61,911 nucleotides of DNA, filler included, from Nitrospirae bacterium MYbin3 (GCA_002753335.1; 5 parts of 5 records of this genome joined end to end with filler, not necessarily neighbours in it), one strand, 5' to 3'. Counted from the first letter of the whole stretch, positions 39,482 through 49,942 are shown. Numbers and translations: made by a program. The notes: a model not told the origin generated them from the letters alone.

Positions 39482-39562
39482 ACTAGGACATAAGTGATAA
39501 AGCTGCTCTAAAATAATTAGAGAAAGGAGCAGCGAAATGGCAAAAAGACCGAGAAGGAATCA
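39479..39562 (+). mobile_element. Left end of an IS3-family element (remainder lost in the gap)
   Basis: TGAACT... end, AAAGGAG RBS and orfA start MAKRPRRN at 39537. Confidence 0.7.
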
Positions 39563-39662
39563 NNNNNNNNNNNNNNNNNNNNNNNNNNNNNNNNNNNNNN
39601 NNNNNNTTAATTAATTAANNNNNNNNNNNNNNNNNNNNNNNNNNNNNNNNNNNNNNNNNNNN
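39563..39662. other. Assembly gap/contig linker
   Basis: N run with embedded TTAATTAATTAA. Confidence 0.98.
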
Positions 39663-39667
39663 TCGCT

Positions 39668-40033
39668 GTGAATCTATTCGGTTATGTAGAAGCGGATCCC
39701 GTGAATTGGATTGATCCATGGGGATTGGAAACTTGTAGTCCTGCTACTAAATTACTCAATCTTATAAATAATTATATAAACAAATGGAAAATGTTTTTAG
39801 ATACCAAGGATAAAGTTGAAAAAGCAAAAGAGGGTAATGATTTTGCAGAAAAAGCTAATAGTACCAGAACAGACTCACAGCGAATGAAAGCACAATATGA
39901 TAATTTATCTAAGGCATCGAGTAATGGTAATGTCGATGCAGCAATAATGTTAGATCAAAAAGATCATAGACTATACATTGACCCAATGATGAAAACAACG
40001 AATAAAGGTGGCGAATTAGCCAAGCCGTATTAG
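39668..40033 (+). CDS. C-terminal end (RHS cleavage motif plus 101-aa tip) of the teneurin-like RHS protein
   Basis: 39667-39786 is identical to 27307-27426; DPVNWIDPWGL|ETCSP... Confidence 0.8.
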   Translation: MNLFGYVEADPVNWIDPWGLETCSPATKLLNLINNYINKWKMFLDTKDKVEKAKEGNDFAEKANSTRTDSQRMKAQYDNLSKASSNGNVDAAIMLDQKDHRLYIDPMMKTTNKGGELAKPY

Positions 40034-40041
40034 GTAAAATA

Positions 40042-40557
40042 ATGGGAATTGGTATGATTAACAAAAAAAAAGCTTATTTAATCATAGTAGGAATTTTAGT
40101 AAGTGGCGTTGCTTTGTTTTTCAAAAAAGATTTAAGTGCTATTTATTACAAAGCGACCCATTCAGGGGTGGTCCAATGGCATAACATTCAGATAGACTTG
40201 CCTGAAAATTATATATATGAAAAATTTACGGATGCAGCTAATAAACTCATTATTTATAACTCAAACGGTAGTGGTGGACAACTAAATATACTTCAAAGAA
40301 ATATAAAGGACAGAACTGTTCATGATATATTGGATCTCTATGACAGGGCTTTCCCGGGCAAGGTTCTTGAATCTAAAGAAATAAATTTTAGAAATCAGAA
40401 ACGTCTTGTAATTACACGTTTATCTGGGAATGATTCTTATTTACGCGAGGAAACATTCATATTCTCATATAATTTGTTGTTACAAGTAGCATGTTCAGAA
40501 AAAGCATACTGTAGAGAATTTGATCGGATATTGGAACATATTTCATTTAAGGAGTGA
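40042..40557 (+). CDS. Putative immunity protein 1 (N-terminal TM, PsbP-like pattern)
   Basis: Directly after the RHS tip, low GC, ends EFDRILEHISF. Confidence 0.6.
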   Translation: MGIGMINKKKAYLIIVGILVSGVALFFKKDLSAIYYKATHSGVVQWHNIQIDLPENYIYEKFTDAANKLIIYNSNGSGGQLNILQRNIKDRTVHDILDLYDRAFPGKVLESKEINFRNQKRLVITRLSGNDSYLREETFIFSYNLLLQVACSEKAYCREFDRILEHISFKE

Positions 40558-40564
40558 AAACACG

Positions 40565-41083
40565 TTGAATTTAAATAAGAAAACAAAAAAACTGCTTTTG
40601 CTATTACTATTTTGTGCGGCATTACTTTTATTGCTAGGGGAATTATTGCACCCATACCTCTGGGGGAAATCATATCCAAGCCCATTGCGATGGAATGGTA
40701 TTTCTATAGATATAGCTTATCCTTATTACTATGAGGTTGATGCCGTATCAGGTGAATTATTTGTGTATGTATATAATGCGAAAGCACCCAAAGATTGTAA
40801 ATTTGCCATGACAAGTTTTGGCAAGCGTGATATAACCCTCGAACATCTGACTAAGAAATTATCGCAGTGGGATTTTGAGAATATCATCCATAGTTACGAA
40901 GAAATAGATTTTAAGGGGTATCAAAGTTTATTAATAAAACTAAAAGATTTTACTACTAACAGAGAAATAAAGCGGTATTGTATTTTTCCTAAAAGAATTT
41001 TTATAGAAATATTTTGCACAAAACAAGATGACTTAAAATATTTCGATCCTATAATTGACAACATAAAATTTATGGATAAATGA
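40565..41083 (+). CDS. Putative immunity protein 2, distant paralog of protein 1
   Basis: AAGGAG RBS with TTG at 40565. WNGISID, EEIDFKG and YFDPIIDNIKF echo WHNIQID, KEINFRN and EFDRILEHISF. Confidence 0.6.
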   Translation: MNLNKKTKKLLLLLLFCAALLLLLGELLHPYLWGKSYPSPLRWNGISIDIAYPYYYEVDAVSGELFVYVYNAKAPKDCKFAMTSFGKRDITLEHLTKKLSQWDFENIIHSYEEIDFKGYQSLLIKLKDFTTNREIKRYCIFPKRIFIEIFCTKQDDLKYFDPIIDNIKFMDK

Positions 41084-43993
41084 GTAGCCACAAAATGCAC
41101 CGCCTCACCTCAATCACCGACCGTTTCGGCAACACAACAATAATCAGCAGAGACGGAAGCGGCAATCCAACATATATCACCTCACCCGATGGCATAGTCA
41201 CCGGAATAACAGTCAACTCAAACGGACATATCAGCAAAGTTACCAACCCAGACGGCACAAACTACACCTTCGCATACACAGCCGATGGTTTGATGACAGA
41301 TGAGTATAAACCAAGAGGCGATAGATACAGACACACATACGATGCAAACGGGAGGATCATCAACATCTATGACCCTGAAGGCGGAAGCTGGAGCTACACA
41401 CGCATAGTTGACGGCACAGGAACAATCCACACAACCGAAACTACAGCGGAAGGCAATATAACATCTTACACAGACAACAACACATCAACCGGCTACGCAT
41501 CGATACAGACGGATCCGACAGGCAGAATAACCCTTATCACAAGATCAAACGACAATATGCAGGAAACCATAGAACCAGCCTGCGGCATCAAACAGACAAA
41601 GCAATACGACCTCGACACACAATACAGACAGAGATACCTCAAACAGACAATATCCATAACTCCGCAGGGGATCACACAGACAGGCCTGACAGCGAAAACC
41701 TATCAGGATATAAACGGAGACAAGACCCCCGACATCATCACAGACACAATAACCATAAACAACAGGAACTGGGTCAACACCAACGACACAATAACCGGAA
41801 CTATCACAACCACTAGTCCATTGGGCAGAACGACCACACTGAAATACGACCCGACAACACTTCTAACCCAACAGAAAACCACACCCAACCTTCTGCCAAC
41901 AAGCTATACATACGACATCAAGGGCAGGCTGACATCAGTAACCACAGGAAACAGAGCAGCCAATATAGGATATGACACAAGCGGCATATCGATTACATGG
42001 TCAGCCCCGACGGAAAGACAACAAGTTACAGCTACGACCTAATGGGCAGGATTAAGAAGACCAACAGACCTGACGGCACGGCCATAGCCTACACATACGA
42101 CGGTAACGGCAACATGACAATACTGACCAATCCTCAAAACACGAACTACACATTTGGATACACAGCCAACAGTCAGAGAAAAGCTTACACAGCCCCTATA
42201 TCAGGCAGCTATCAGTACACCTACGACAAAGAGCGAAAGCTGAAAACAGCACACTTCCTACAGGCAGACTTATCACAAACACCTACACAAATGGCCTGCT
42301 GACAAGCACTGCAACGCCTGAAGGCATAACAACATACACCTACGACTGCGGAGACAACATAGCTGCAATCACAAGAGGAACAGAAAAAAATACATTCGCT
42401 TACGATGGCTCTTTACTGAAAACAGACACTAGAACCGGACTACTGAATCAGACTGTCAGCTACGCTTACAACAATGACTTCAGGCTAACGGCGATGAGCT
42501 ATGCCGGTAAAACGCAAACGCTAAACTATGACAACGATGGACTTCTCATAACCGCAGGGAACTTTACCATTGCGAGAAATACAGCAAATGGACTGCCTGA
42601 ATCAATAACGGACGGCACTCTGACCAATACTAGAGTTTTCAGCGGATACGGGGAGCTTGACGGGTATTCGTACAAAGTCAATTCCAACGGGGTTTACACG
42701 GTGCTTATGACAAGGGATAGCGCCGGACGTATTACGCAGAAAACAGAAGCAATAGGCGCGGAAACGAATATTTATGATTATACCTATGACACCCTCGGCA
42801 GATTAACCGAAGTCAAAAAGAACGGCATCATCTCTGAACACTACACTTACGATGCTGACGGAAACAGAATGACAGATGGCAGGCGGTCATATGTCTATTC
42901 AGCTGAAGATCATCTGATAACCGCTGGAACAGACAACTATCAGTATAATGCTGACGGGTTCTTGTTGAGCAAAACGACATCAATGGGAACTACGACATAC
43001 AACTATTTGACGCGCGGCGAACTCCTTGACGCATTACTGCCGAGCGGAACATCCATCAGCTATGACCACGACGCAACAGGTAGGCGGATTGCAAAGAGAG
43101 TCAACGGTTCAATCACCGAAAAATATCTCTGGCAAGATGCGATAACGCTTCTTGCAGTCTATGATTCAAACGACAACCTGAAAACCAGATTCAACTATGC
43201 CGACGACCGTATGCCGGTTTCTATGACACAGAACGGGCAGACCTACTATCTTGCTTATGATCAGGTGGGGTCGCTCCGCGTCGTTACCGATGCTTCAGGA
43301 AATGCAGTCAAAAAGATTGACTACGATTCATTCGGAAATATCATAAACGACACAAACCCACAAATGTCCATCCCGCTTGGCTTCGCAGGTGGCTTGCACG
43401 ACAGAGATACAAACCTCGTCCGCTTCGGCGCAAGAGACTACGATCCCGCAATCGGCAGATGGACGGTGAAAGACCCAATAGATTTCAGAGGGGGGTTAAA
43501 CGTATTCAATTATGTCGAAGCGGATCCGGTGAATGGAATTGATCCGTGGGGCTTGGCGGGGGTTGGTTTTATTTTCCCGGGCGGATCAATAGAAGGTGGC
43601 CTTGTCGCAGTAGGTGCTGGGGCAACTGGTTCCGCAGGCGGCGGCGTTTTTTGGGGCGGACCACAGGGCACGAATGTAGGCGGCTTTGCATCCTTTGGCG
43701 CGTTCGCAGGTGGTCCTAATTATGGTCATAGTTATCCGAGTGGAAATAGTAGCAATGTAGCAGGCGGTGCTTTTGCTGGTGGAGGTGGCGGTTTTTTTAT
43801 TACTAATGCTACATGTGCAAATCAACTAAGCGGACCATTCGATACTTATTCTTTCAACATAGGTGTCGGTCCTTTTAAAGTTTCGGTTCAGGTTGGGGTA
43901 AGTAATGGAACATGGATTGGATCAGCAACATTTGGTCCCGGGATTGGCATCAGTGGAAGCGGTTATCAAACTAACACATGGACGACAAAATGA
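41080..43993 (+). pseudogene. Orphan RHS module (YD shell, core and alternative Gly-rich tip) with two frameshifts
   Basis: Colinear with about 24907-27365. Single-base losses near 41987 and 42250 split it into three track ORFs. After DPWGL it has a different tip (AGVGFIFPGG...WTTK). Confidence 0.85.
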
Positions 43994-44358
43994 CAAATAT
44001 AATTCCCATTGCTGGTTTTGTTTTGCTGCTACTATTCACAGCACTGCTCTTTCAATCTATGGCTCGTTATGTTTATAACTATAAGATTGGAAAGACTGGT
44101 ATCGAAATTGCATTATTTGGGAAAATCCCCTTAAAGCGAATACCCTTTGACAACATTTCAGAAATCAAAAAAACGTCTTATAAAGAAACTTTTTTCACTA
44201 AAAGCACGGAGATGTTTCTGGCGTTGAGATTTGGGAATCGCATCTGGGGGGAGATCGTTCTGGTACGGCAGAGAAAAGGGTTTATTAAGATTGTTTTGAT
44301 CACGCCCGATAATGCGGATGGCTTTATACAGGAAGTTTTACAGCGACTGCAAAAATGA
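43990..44358 (+). CDS. Putative immunity protein of the orphan tip (TM plus bacterial PH-like domain)
   Basis: Overlaps the tip stop; RIPFDNISEIKK and VLITPDNADGFI pattern. Confidence 0.6.
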   Translation: MTNIIPIAGFVLLLLFTALLFQSMARYVYNYKIGKTGIEIALFGKIPLKRIPFDNISEIKKTSYKETFFTKSTEMFLALRFGNRIWGEIVLVRQRKGFIKIVLITPDNADGFIQEVLQRLQK

Positions 44359-44459
44359 GCTTGCCTAGACTTGAATAAATCAAGAAATAAAGGGATGGTT
44401 CTGTTTAAATTAAATGCTATCGACTACAACCCTAATGTTAAAGGCATTCTACAGCCATG

Positions 44460-44617
44460 TCTATGACAATGACGGCCTGCTAACAACAGCCGGAACATTC
44501 ACGATCAACAGAAACCAGCAGAACGGATTGCCTAGGAGCGTAACTGACGGCACACTGACCAATACCAGAGTCTTCAGCGGCTACGGAGAGCTTGACGGGT
44601 ATTCATATAAAGTCTGA
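44460..44617 (+). pseudogene. Short RHS/YD remnant
   Basis: YDNDGLLTTAGTFTINRN.QNGLP...GYGELDGYSYKV matches about 26335-26490. Confidence 0.75.
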
Positions 44618-44687
44618 GCAAGCGGAGTTTATACAATCAGGAGAAGGTTTAAGCACACAATAAGCTCCAGAAAAAGGGGATGGGAAA

Positions 44688-46160
44688 ATGAATAAAATTA
44701 TAATTGTATTTATCCTGCAATTTGCTCTTGCAATTCCAGCTTATGTGGAATCCTATACGTATGGAGATTCAAAGTTGCCAACTTTAGTTATAAGAAAGAT
44801 GCTTAGCAATAAGGATTTTGAAAAGCTAAATATAACCTTGGCGGATTATCAAAAGGCTTACGAAAAGGACGTCCGTAATGAAGATGATCTGCTAGATGCA
44901 TATCTTGCCTTTTCTGTTAACGATCTGCACTACGAAGCATTATTGAACGAATGGGTCAAAAGTCATCCAAACAGCTATCAATCCTATCTTGCAAGAGCTT
45001 CCTATTTTTTTAATCTTGGATGGAAAAGCAGGGGCACCAAGTGGGCAAGTGAGACTACCGACAAACAAATTGAAAAGATGGAAAGTTATTTTTCTAAGGC
45101 CAATCAGGATATTGAGAAGGTCTTAATAATAAAAACGGACCACATTGTTCCCTATTATTTCTTAATACATATGTATAAGGCATCTGGCGGCGCTGGCCAA
45201 GTAAAAGCAATTGTTAAAAAGGCTCTGGAAAAATGCCCGGACTCTTTTAAAATCAGATCGGCATACCTTTTATCAATTACCCCCAGATGGGGTGGAACGT
45301 ATGAGGAGATGGATGAGTTTGCCACGGAATCTCAAAAATCTGCATTTAAAAACCCGCGACTAAAGGCCCTTAAAGGGTATGTTTTTTACGATACCGGTAA
45401 TATGGAGAAACAGTCAAAAAACTATGGGGTAGCTCTTGAGTTCTTGAACAAGGCATTATTATTTGGCGATCTGGCACTGTTTTATAATGAAAGAGCGACA
45501 ATTTACGAACATCTGGAGAAGTTAGATGAGGCGTTAAAAGATATTAACCTTGCTATCGAGATGAGTTCACAAAATGCTGATTTTTATTCTACCAGGTCGA
45601 GGATTTTGAGCAATAAAAAGATGATGCAAGAAGCCCTCAAGGATATCGAGATAGCAAACCTGCTAGACCCAAATGATGAATACATAATCAAACTAAACAA
45701 GTGGATCGCGGACAAGTTTATGAGTTCTGGACATTCTAAGCAAAAGGCTAAGGATTTTTCAGGGGCTATTAAGGATTATACCGCTGCAATACAGGCTAAT
45801 CCTGAAAATTCTTATTCATATTATAGTCGGGCGCGAGTATTTGTTGACAAAAAAGACTTGTCATCCGCCTTCACCGATTTAAAAAAGGCTATCAAACTTG
45901 ACCCAAATGTTTTTGATTTTTATCAGTTGATGGATTGGCTGTTGACCCAAAAATCTGACTGGGGCGGCATAATAAATTATTGGAGCAGATATATAGCTTT
46001 AAACCCCAAGAACGATAGGGCATATCTTGAAAGAGGAGGCGCATATTTCCGTAAGGGAGACCTTGCATCCGCTGTAGCTGACGCTAAAAGAGCAGCTGAT
46101 TTAGGAAATGCCAAAGGCCAAGAGATGTACGACAAATTAAAAAGCCGCGCTAAGAAATAG
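44688..46160 (+). CDS. Secreted TPR protein with DUF4034-like N-terminal domain
   Basis: Signal peptide, W...HPNSYQ, GWKSRGTKWA and PRWGGT motifs, followed by multiple TPRs. Confidence 0.8.
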   Translation: MNKIIIVFILQFALAIPAYVESYTYGDSKLPTLVIRKMLSNKDFEKLNITLADYQKAYEKDVRNEDDLLDAYLAFSVNDLHYEALLNEWVKSHPNSYQSYLARASYFFNLGWKSRGTKWASETTDKQIEKMESYFSKANQDIEKVLIIKTDHIVPYYFLIHMYKASGGAGQVKAIVKKALEKCPDSFKIRSAYLLSITPRWGGTYEEMDEFATESQKSAFKNPRLKALKGYVFYDTGNMEKQSKNYGVALEFLNKALLFGDLALFYNERATIYEHLEKLDEALKDINLAIEMSSQNADFYSTRSRILSNKKMMQEALKDIEIANLLDPNDEYIIKLNKWIADKFMSSGHSKQKAKDFSGAIKDYTAAIQANPENSYSYYSRARVFVDKKDLSSAFTDLKKAIKLDPNVFDFYQLMDWLLTQKSDWGGIINYWSRYIALNPKNDRAYLERGGAYFRKGDLASAVADAKRAADLGNAKGQEMYDKLKSRAKK

Positions 46161-46249
46161 AGCGATTTTTGCCTGACAAGTCGCCAGTCCAGCACAGGTT
46201 CCTACATATTGCATAACTGCTTGAAACAAAAGCTCATTAATTTAATTGC

Positions 46250-47062
46250 ATGAAGCATGCACCAAAAGCATTAGATGAAATTGTTGACAAGGTGCTTGCC
46301 TATCGACCAGCAGCAAAGAATCCTATTATTAAAAATAAGGCCTTGGTTGAAACGTGGTCGGTTCCGCTGGCAGATATCTACAAAAATGAAAATATGCGCC
46401 TCGATGCAAGTCACTATGATAGGCAAACGGAAGCCATACTAAAAGAATTAAGAAACACTGCCTTCCCACTGAAACCATTGTCCGATTTAGCTTCTATTAA
46501 TCTTCCCGGACAATTCAGTCGCATATGGGCTCAGGATGAGAATCACGGAATTCGATACATAAATGCGACCGACTTGATGAGTCTAACTGGAATCGGATTG
46601 TTCAGCGCAGATGCACGATTTCTATCACGAGAATCAGAGGTTGATATTGAAGAATTGATTATTCACACAGGATGGATGCTCTTGACCTGCTCCGGTACTA
46701 TTGGGCGTGTTTTTTATGTGGCAGAGAGACTAGATGGATGGGTAGCGACTCATGACTTAATCAGGGTCATTCCGCATGATGATATTCCGGTCGGCTTTTT
46801 ACATGCCTATCTATCTTCACAGTTGGCGCAGAAGCAAATCATCGCCCATACACATGGTGGCCAGATTGATCATGTAACACATCATCAGGTGGGCGGTATC
46901 ATGGTGCCCATGCTTGCAAGAGAAAAAATTCTAGAAATACATCGGCGCACCATGCGAGCATTGAACCAAAGGGAAGAGGCAATAGCAAGCCTTACAAGAA
47001 TATCTGATGACATAGAGGGGATAGTTACCCCAAATCGTGGATCAAAACATGGCAAACGCTAA
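46250..47062 (+). CDS. Restriction-modification specificity (HsdS-like, single TRD) protein
   Basis: RLDASHY, LLTCSGTIGRV, HDLIRV, FLHAYLSS and GGQIDHV motifs. Confidence 0.78.
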   Translation: MKHAPKALDEIVDKVLAYRPAAKNPIIKNKALVETWSVPLADIYKNENMRLDASHYDRQTEAILKELRNTAFPLKPLSDLASINLPGQFSRIWAQDENHGIRYINATDLMSLTGIGLFSADARFLSRESEVDIEELIIHTGWMLLTCSGTIGRVFYVAERLDGWVATHDLIRVIPHDDIPVGFLHAYLSSQLAQKQIIAHTHGGQIDHVTHHQVGGIMVPMLAREKILEIHRRTMRALNQREEAIASLTRISDDIEGIVTPNRGSKHGKR

Positions 47063-48881
47063 AGTAACTTATCTTATTCCCCCTGGAAGTATTCGTTGTT
47101 TCATTACGGGGAAACTTCGCAAAGATACACCAGAAGAAAATGTTCGTCAGAGATGGGCACGCAGCCTTGTGGAAGAATACGGTTATCCGAAACAAGATAT
47201 CATGATTGAATTTCCTATCCGCATGGGGACTGCCAAAAAACGCGCTGATATAGTGATCTTCAAGCCGGGTGCAAATCAAATTCAAAATGAAATAACAATT
47301 ATAGTTGAAGCCAAACGCGACGAAATAAAAGCCTCCGATAGAAGCAAGGGGGAAGATCAACTAAAGACTTATATGGCTGCATCTTCATCTTGTAAATATG
47401 GCCTATGGGTCGGGAGAGAGCGATCAGCATTTGAGCGACTCTCCCATGGAGAAATTGCCTCTATAAGTGATATTCCACGTGCTGGTGAAGATAGACCGCG
47501 ACGCCCGCAAAGAACTGATTTGCAAGTGGCACATGACTTAACTTCAATCCTTCGCCGCTGCCACAACTATATTCATGCTAACGGAGGATTACAGAAAGCC
47601 GAAGCCTTTCACGAAATGTTAAAGCTTATATTCTGCAAAATATATGATGAAGAAGAGAGCACGTTAGAATTAGAGTTTGCAGTTGATCCAAAAGAACAAC
47701 GTTCAGAGAGCGGCAGACGGCGTTTATTGGAAGATAGAATCCAGCCGTTATTTGAGAAAGTCAGGGAGCGTTATCCATATATATTTGAAGAGGATGAGCA
47801 TATCAAGTTAGAACCGATTGTACTTGCCTATATCGTTGCGGAAATGCAGTATGTTTCTCTGCTCGATACAGAGACAGATGTAAAGGGTGCGGCCTATGAA
47901 GAATTGGTCGGACAGAATCTTCGGGGTGATCGTGGTGAGTATTTTACGCCTCGAAATGTTTGCGATATGACTGTAAAAATAATTCAATCCATGTTTCCAG
48001 AACAGGAATTGACGAATTTAAAAGTATTGGATTGTTGCTGCGGAACAGGCGGGTTTCTTGTATCGTGGATTGATAATTTACGCCATATAATTCGTACTCA
48101 AGAGGAAAGACGCCGGAGTAGAGATTCAGAAGGCAAAGTTAGGAGTAGAATCAGGGAAACTTGCTCTCGCAATCTTTTTGGTCTTGACGTTAATCCGTTT
48201 CTTGTACGGACGGCGCAAATGAACTTATTCATTCATGGCGACGGCTCGACAAATGTTTTCCGTGTTGATTCTACCCGCTCACTGGGAGAATGGTCAGAAG
48301 AAGCGCGAAAAAAAATCCCATTGGGGAAAGCGGACATTGTTTTAACAAATCCTCCCTTTGGGGCAGAAGTAAAAATAGACGATGCGCACATACTCGATAG
48401 GTATGAACTTTCTAAGTGGGAGTCTCAAAACATAAGGGCATCAATGCCAGCGGAACAATTATTTATAGAAACTGCTATGACGTTTTTACGGGGGGGAGGG
48501 ATATTAGGCATTGTGTTGCCAGATGGTATTCTCAATAATCCAAGCCTTCGCTTTCTTCGTTCATGGCTTTTACGTCGCGCTCGCATTATCGCTTCAATTG
48601 ATCTTCCAAAAGAAACATTCAGCGTTAGCGGTGGTGTAAACAACCCAAGCGTTTTGATAATGCAGAAATTTACAAAAGATCAGATACAAAAAGCGGAAGC
48701 TGGCATCATAGATGAGAACAGCATGGTATTTATGGCCGCACCTCGAACTGCGGGGATAGACAAAAGAGGAAAATCGATATTTCTTCGACACCCAGATGGC
48801 AGGGAATTGATTGATGAAAACGGCAATCGTTTTTTAGATGATGGAATCGCGGCTGTGTCCGATCAATTTATCAACCGTTAG
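47037..48881 (+). CDS. Fused restriction endonuclease (HsdR_N-like PD-(D/E)xK) / N6-adenine DNA methyltransferase (type IIG/IIB-like)
   Basis: TPEENVRQ..YGYP..RADIVIF..IVEAK, GEYFTPR, LDCCCGTGGF, TNPPFG and VLPDGIL motifs. Confidence 0.88.
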   Translation: MDQNMANAKVTYLIPPGSIRCFITGKLRKDTPEENVRQRWARSLVEEYGYPKQDIMIEFPIRMGTAKKRADIVIFKPGANQIQNEITIIVEAKRDEIKASDRSKGEDQLKTYMAASSSCKYGLWVGRERSAFERLSHGEIASISDIPRAGEDRPRRPQRTDLQVAHDLTSILRRCHNYIHANGGLQKAEAFHEMLKLIFCKIYDEEESTLELEFAVDPKEQRSESGRRRLLEDRIQPLFEKVRERYPYIFEEDEHIKLEPIVLAYIVAEMQYVSLLDTETDVKGAAYEELVGQNLRGDRGEYFTPRNVCDMTVKIIQSMFPEQELTNLKVLDCCCGTGGFLVSWIDNLRHIIRTQEERRRSRDSEGKVRSRIRETCSRNLFGLDVNPFLVRTAQMNLFIHGDGSTNVFRVDSTRSLGEWSEEARKKIPLGKADIVLTNPPFGAEVKIDDAHILDRYELSKWESQNIRASMPAEQLFIETAMTFLRGGGILGIVLPDGILNNPSLRFLRSWLLRRARIIASIDLPKETFSVSGGVNNPSVLIMQKFTKDQIQKAEAGIIDENSMVFMAAPRTAGIDKRGKSIFLRHPDGRELIDENGNRFLDDGIAAVSDQFINR

Positions 48882-48941
48882 GGCGTAAAGTATATAATTC
48901 CCAAACATATTTTATTGTATTTGGTTCAGAGAACTCTGTAA

Positions 48942-49271
48942 ATGCGTAATTTTATTATCATTGCTTGTATATTGTTAGCGATTTCTTATTCTGTAGCAAC
49001 GCAAATCGGTGCTGATTTTGACGTTACCGTTAATGCAGTTGTGTTCACATTAGGAGCGATATGTGTATTTTTCTTTTTTAAATACGTGCTGCCTATAAAC
49101 AATGCATTAACTTGTCTAATAGCGTTTATTATTTTAATGTTTGGATGGTTTCCTGTGATAGATAATATCAATCTACAGTTAAGCAAGCCAGAGTGGTGGA
49201 CGCCTAGCCTGATTAAAGGAGTATGTATATTTATCGGACTCTTGTTTTCATACAGCCAACGGAATTCTTAG
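48942..49271 (+). CDS. Small hypothetical membrane protein
   Basis: Four hydrophobic segments, 109 aa. Confidence 0.55.
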   Translation: MRNFIIIACILLAISYSVATQIGADFDVTVNAVVFTLGAICVFFFFKYVLPINNALTCLIAFIILMFGWFPVIDNINLQLSKPEWWTPSLIKGVCIFIGLLFSYSQRNS

Positions 49272-49301
49272 CTGAAATAGCGATAAAAGTAGAATTTTAT
49301 A

Positions 49302-49499
49302 TCAGTATTTATTTTTTGATAGCAACCATTCGAAATATGTTAAAACAGGAACAATAATCAATGCAGGGTAAATTACCATACTCAATACATCGTCGAAAGA
49401 TTTTTTCAATAGCAAAAGATAAGATATGCTTATTGAGGCAAATACAAATGATAGCAGCATTGCAAGCGCAGCCAATCTTTTCGTTTCTGTAATTTTCAT
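49302..49499 (-). CDS. Small hypothetical membrane protein
   Basis: AAGGAGG RBS before the ATG at 49499; two TM segments. Confidence 0.55.
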   Translation of the reverse strand: MKITETKRLAALAMLLSFVFASISISYLLLLKKSFDDVLSMVIYPALIIVPVLTYFEWLLSKNKY

Positions 49500-49654
49500 A
49501 TATACTGCCTCCTTTTGTGTCGCCTGCAAAGCAGGACGTTGATAGTTATATTACTGAGGTGTCGTATTAGTACGGATGTCGAGAGGTGGACCCCAGAAAT
49601 CGGACAGTCGTATAAGGTGTAAAATATACGACAAACGAAAGAGGGGAAAACAAG

Positions 49655-49942
49655 ATGAGCAAGACAAAAAGGAAGCGGTATGCAGCAGATTTCAAAGCGA
49701 AGGTTGCCATTGAAGCAATTAAAGGGGAACATACGACAGCGGAATTGGCAATAAGATACGGTATTCATCCTAACCAGATAGGGGAATGGAAGAAACAAGC
49801 CTTGGCTGGGATGGTGGGGGTATTTACCGGTAAATACGAACGCAGCAATTCTTCACATGAGACTCAGGTTACAGAACTTCACGCCAAAATCGGGCAATTA
49901 ACGGTGGAACGGGATTTTTTGGCAAAAGCCTTCGGTCGATGA
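49655..49942 (+). CDS. IS3 transposase OrfA
   Basis: FKAKVAIEA..GEHTTAELA..YGIHPNQI..WKK and KIGQLTVERDFL. Confidence 0.92.
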   Translation: MSKTKRKRYAADFKAKVAIEAIKGEHTTAELAIRYGIHPNQIGEWKKQALAGMVGVFTGKYERSNSSHETQVTELHAKIGQLTVERDFLAKAFGR

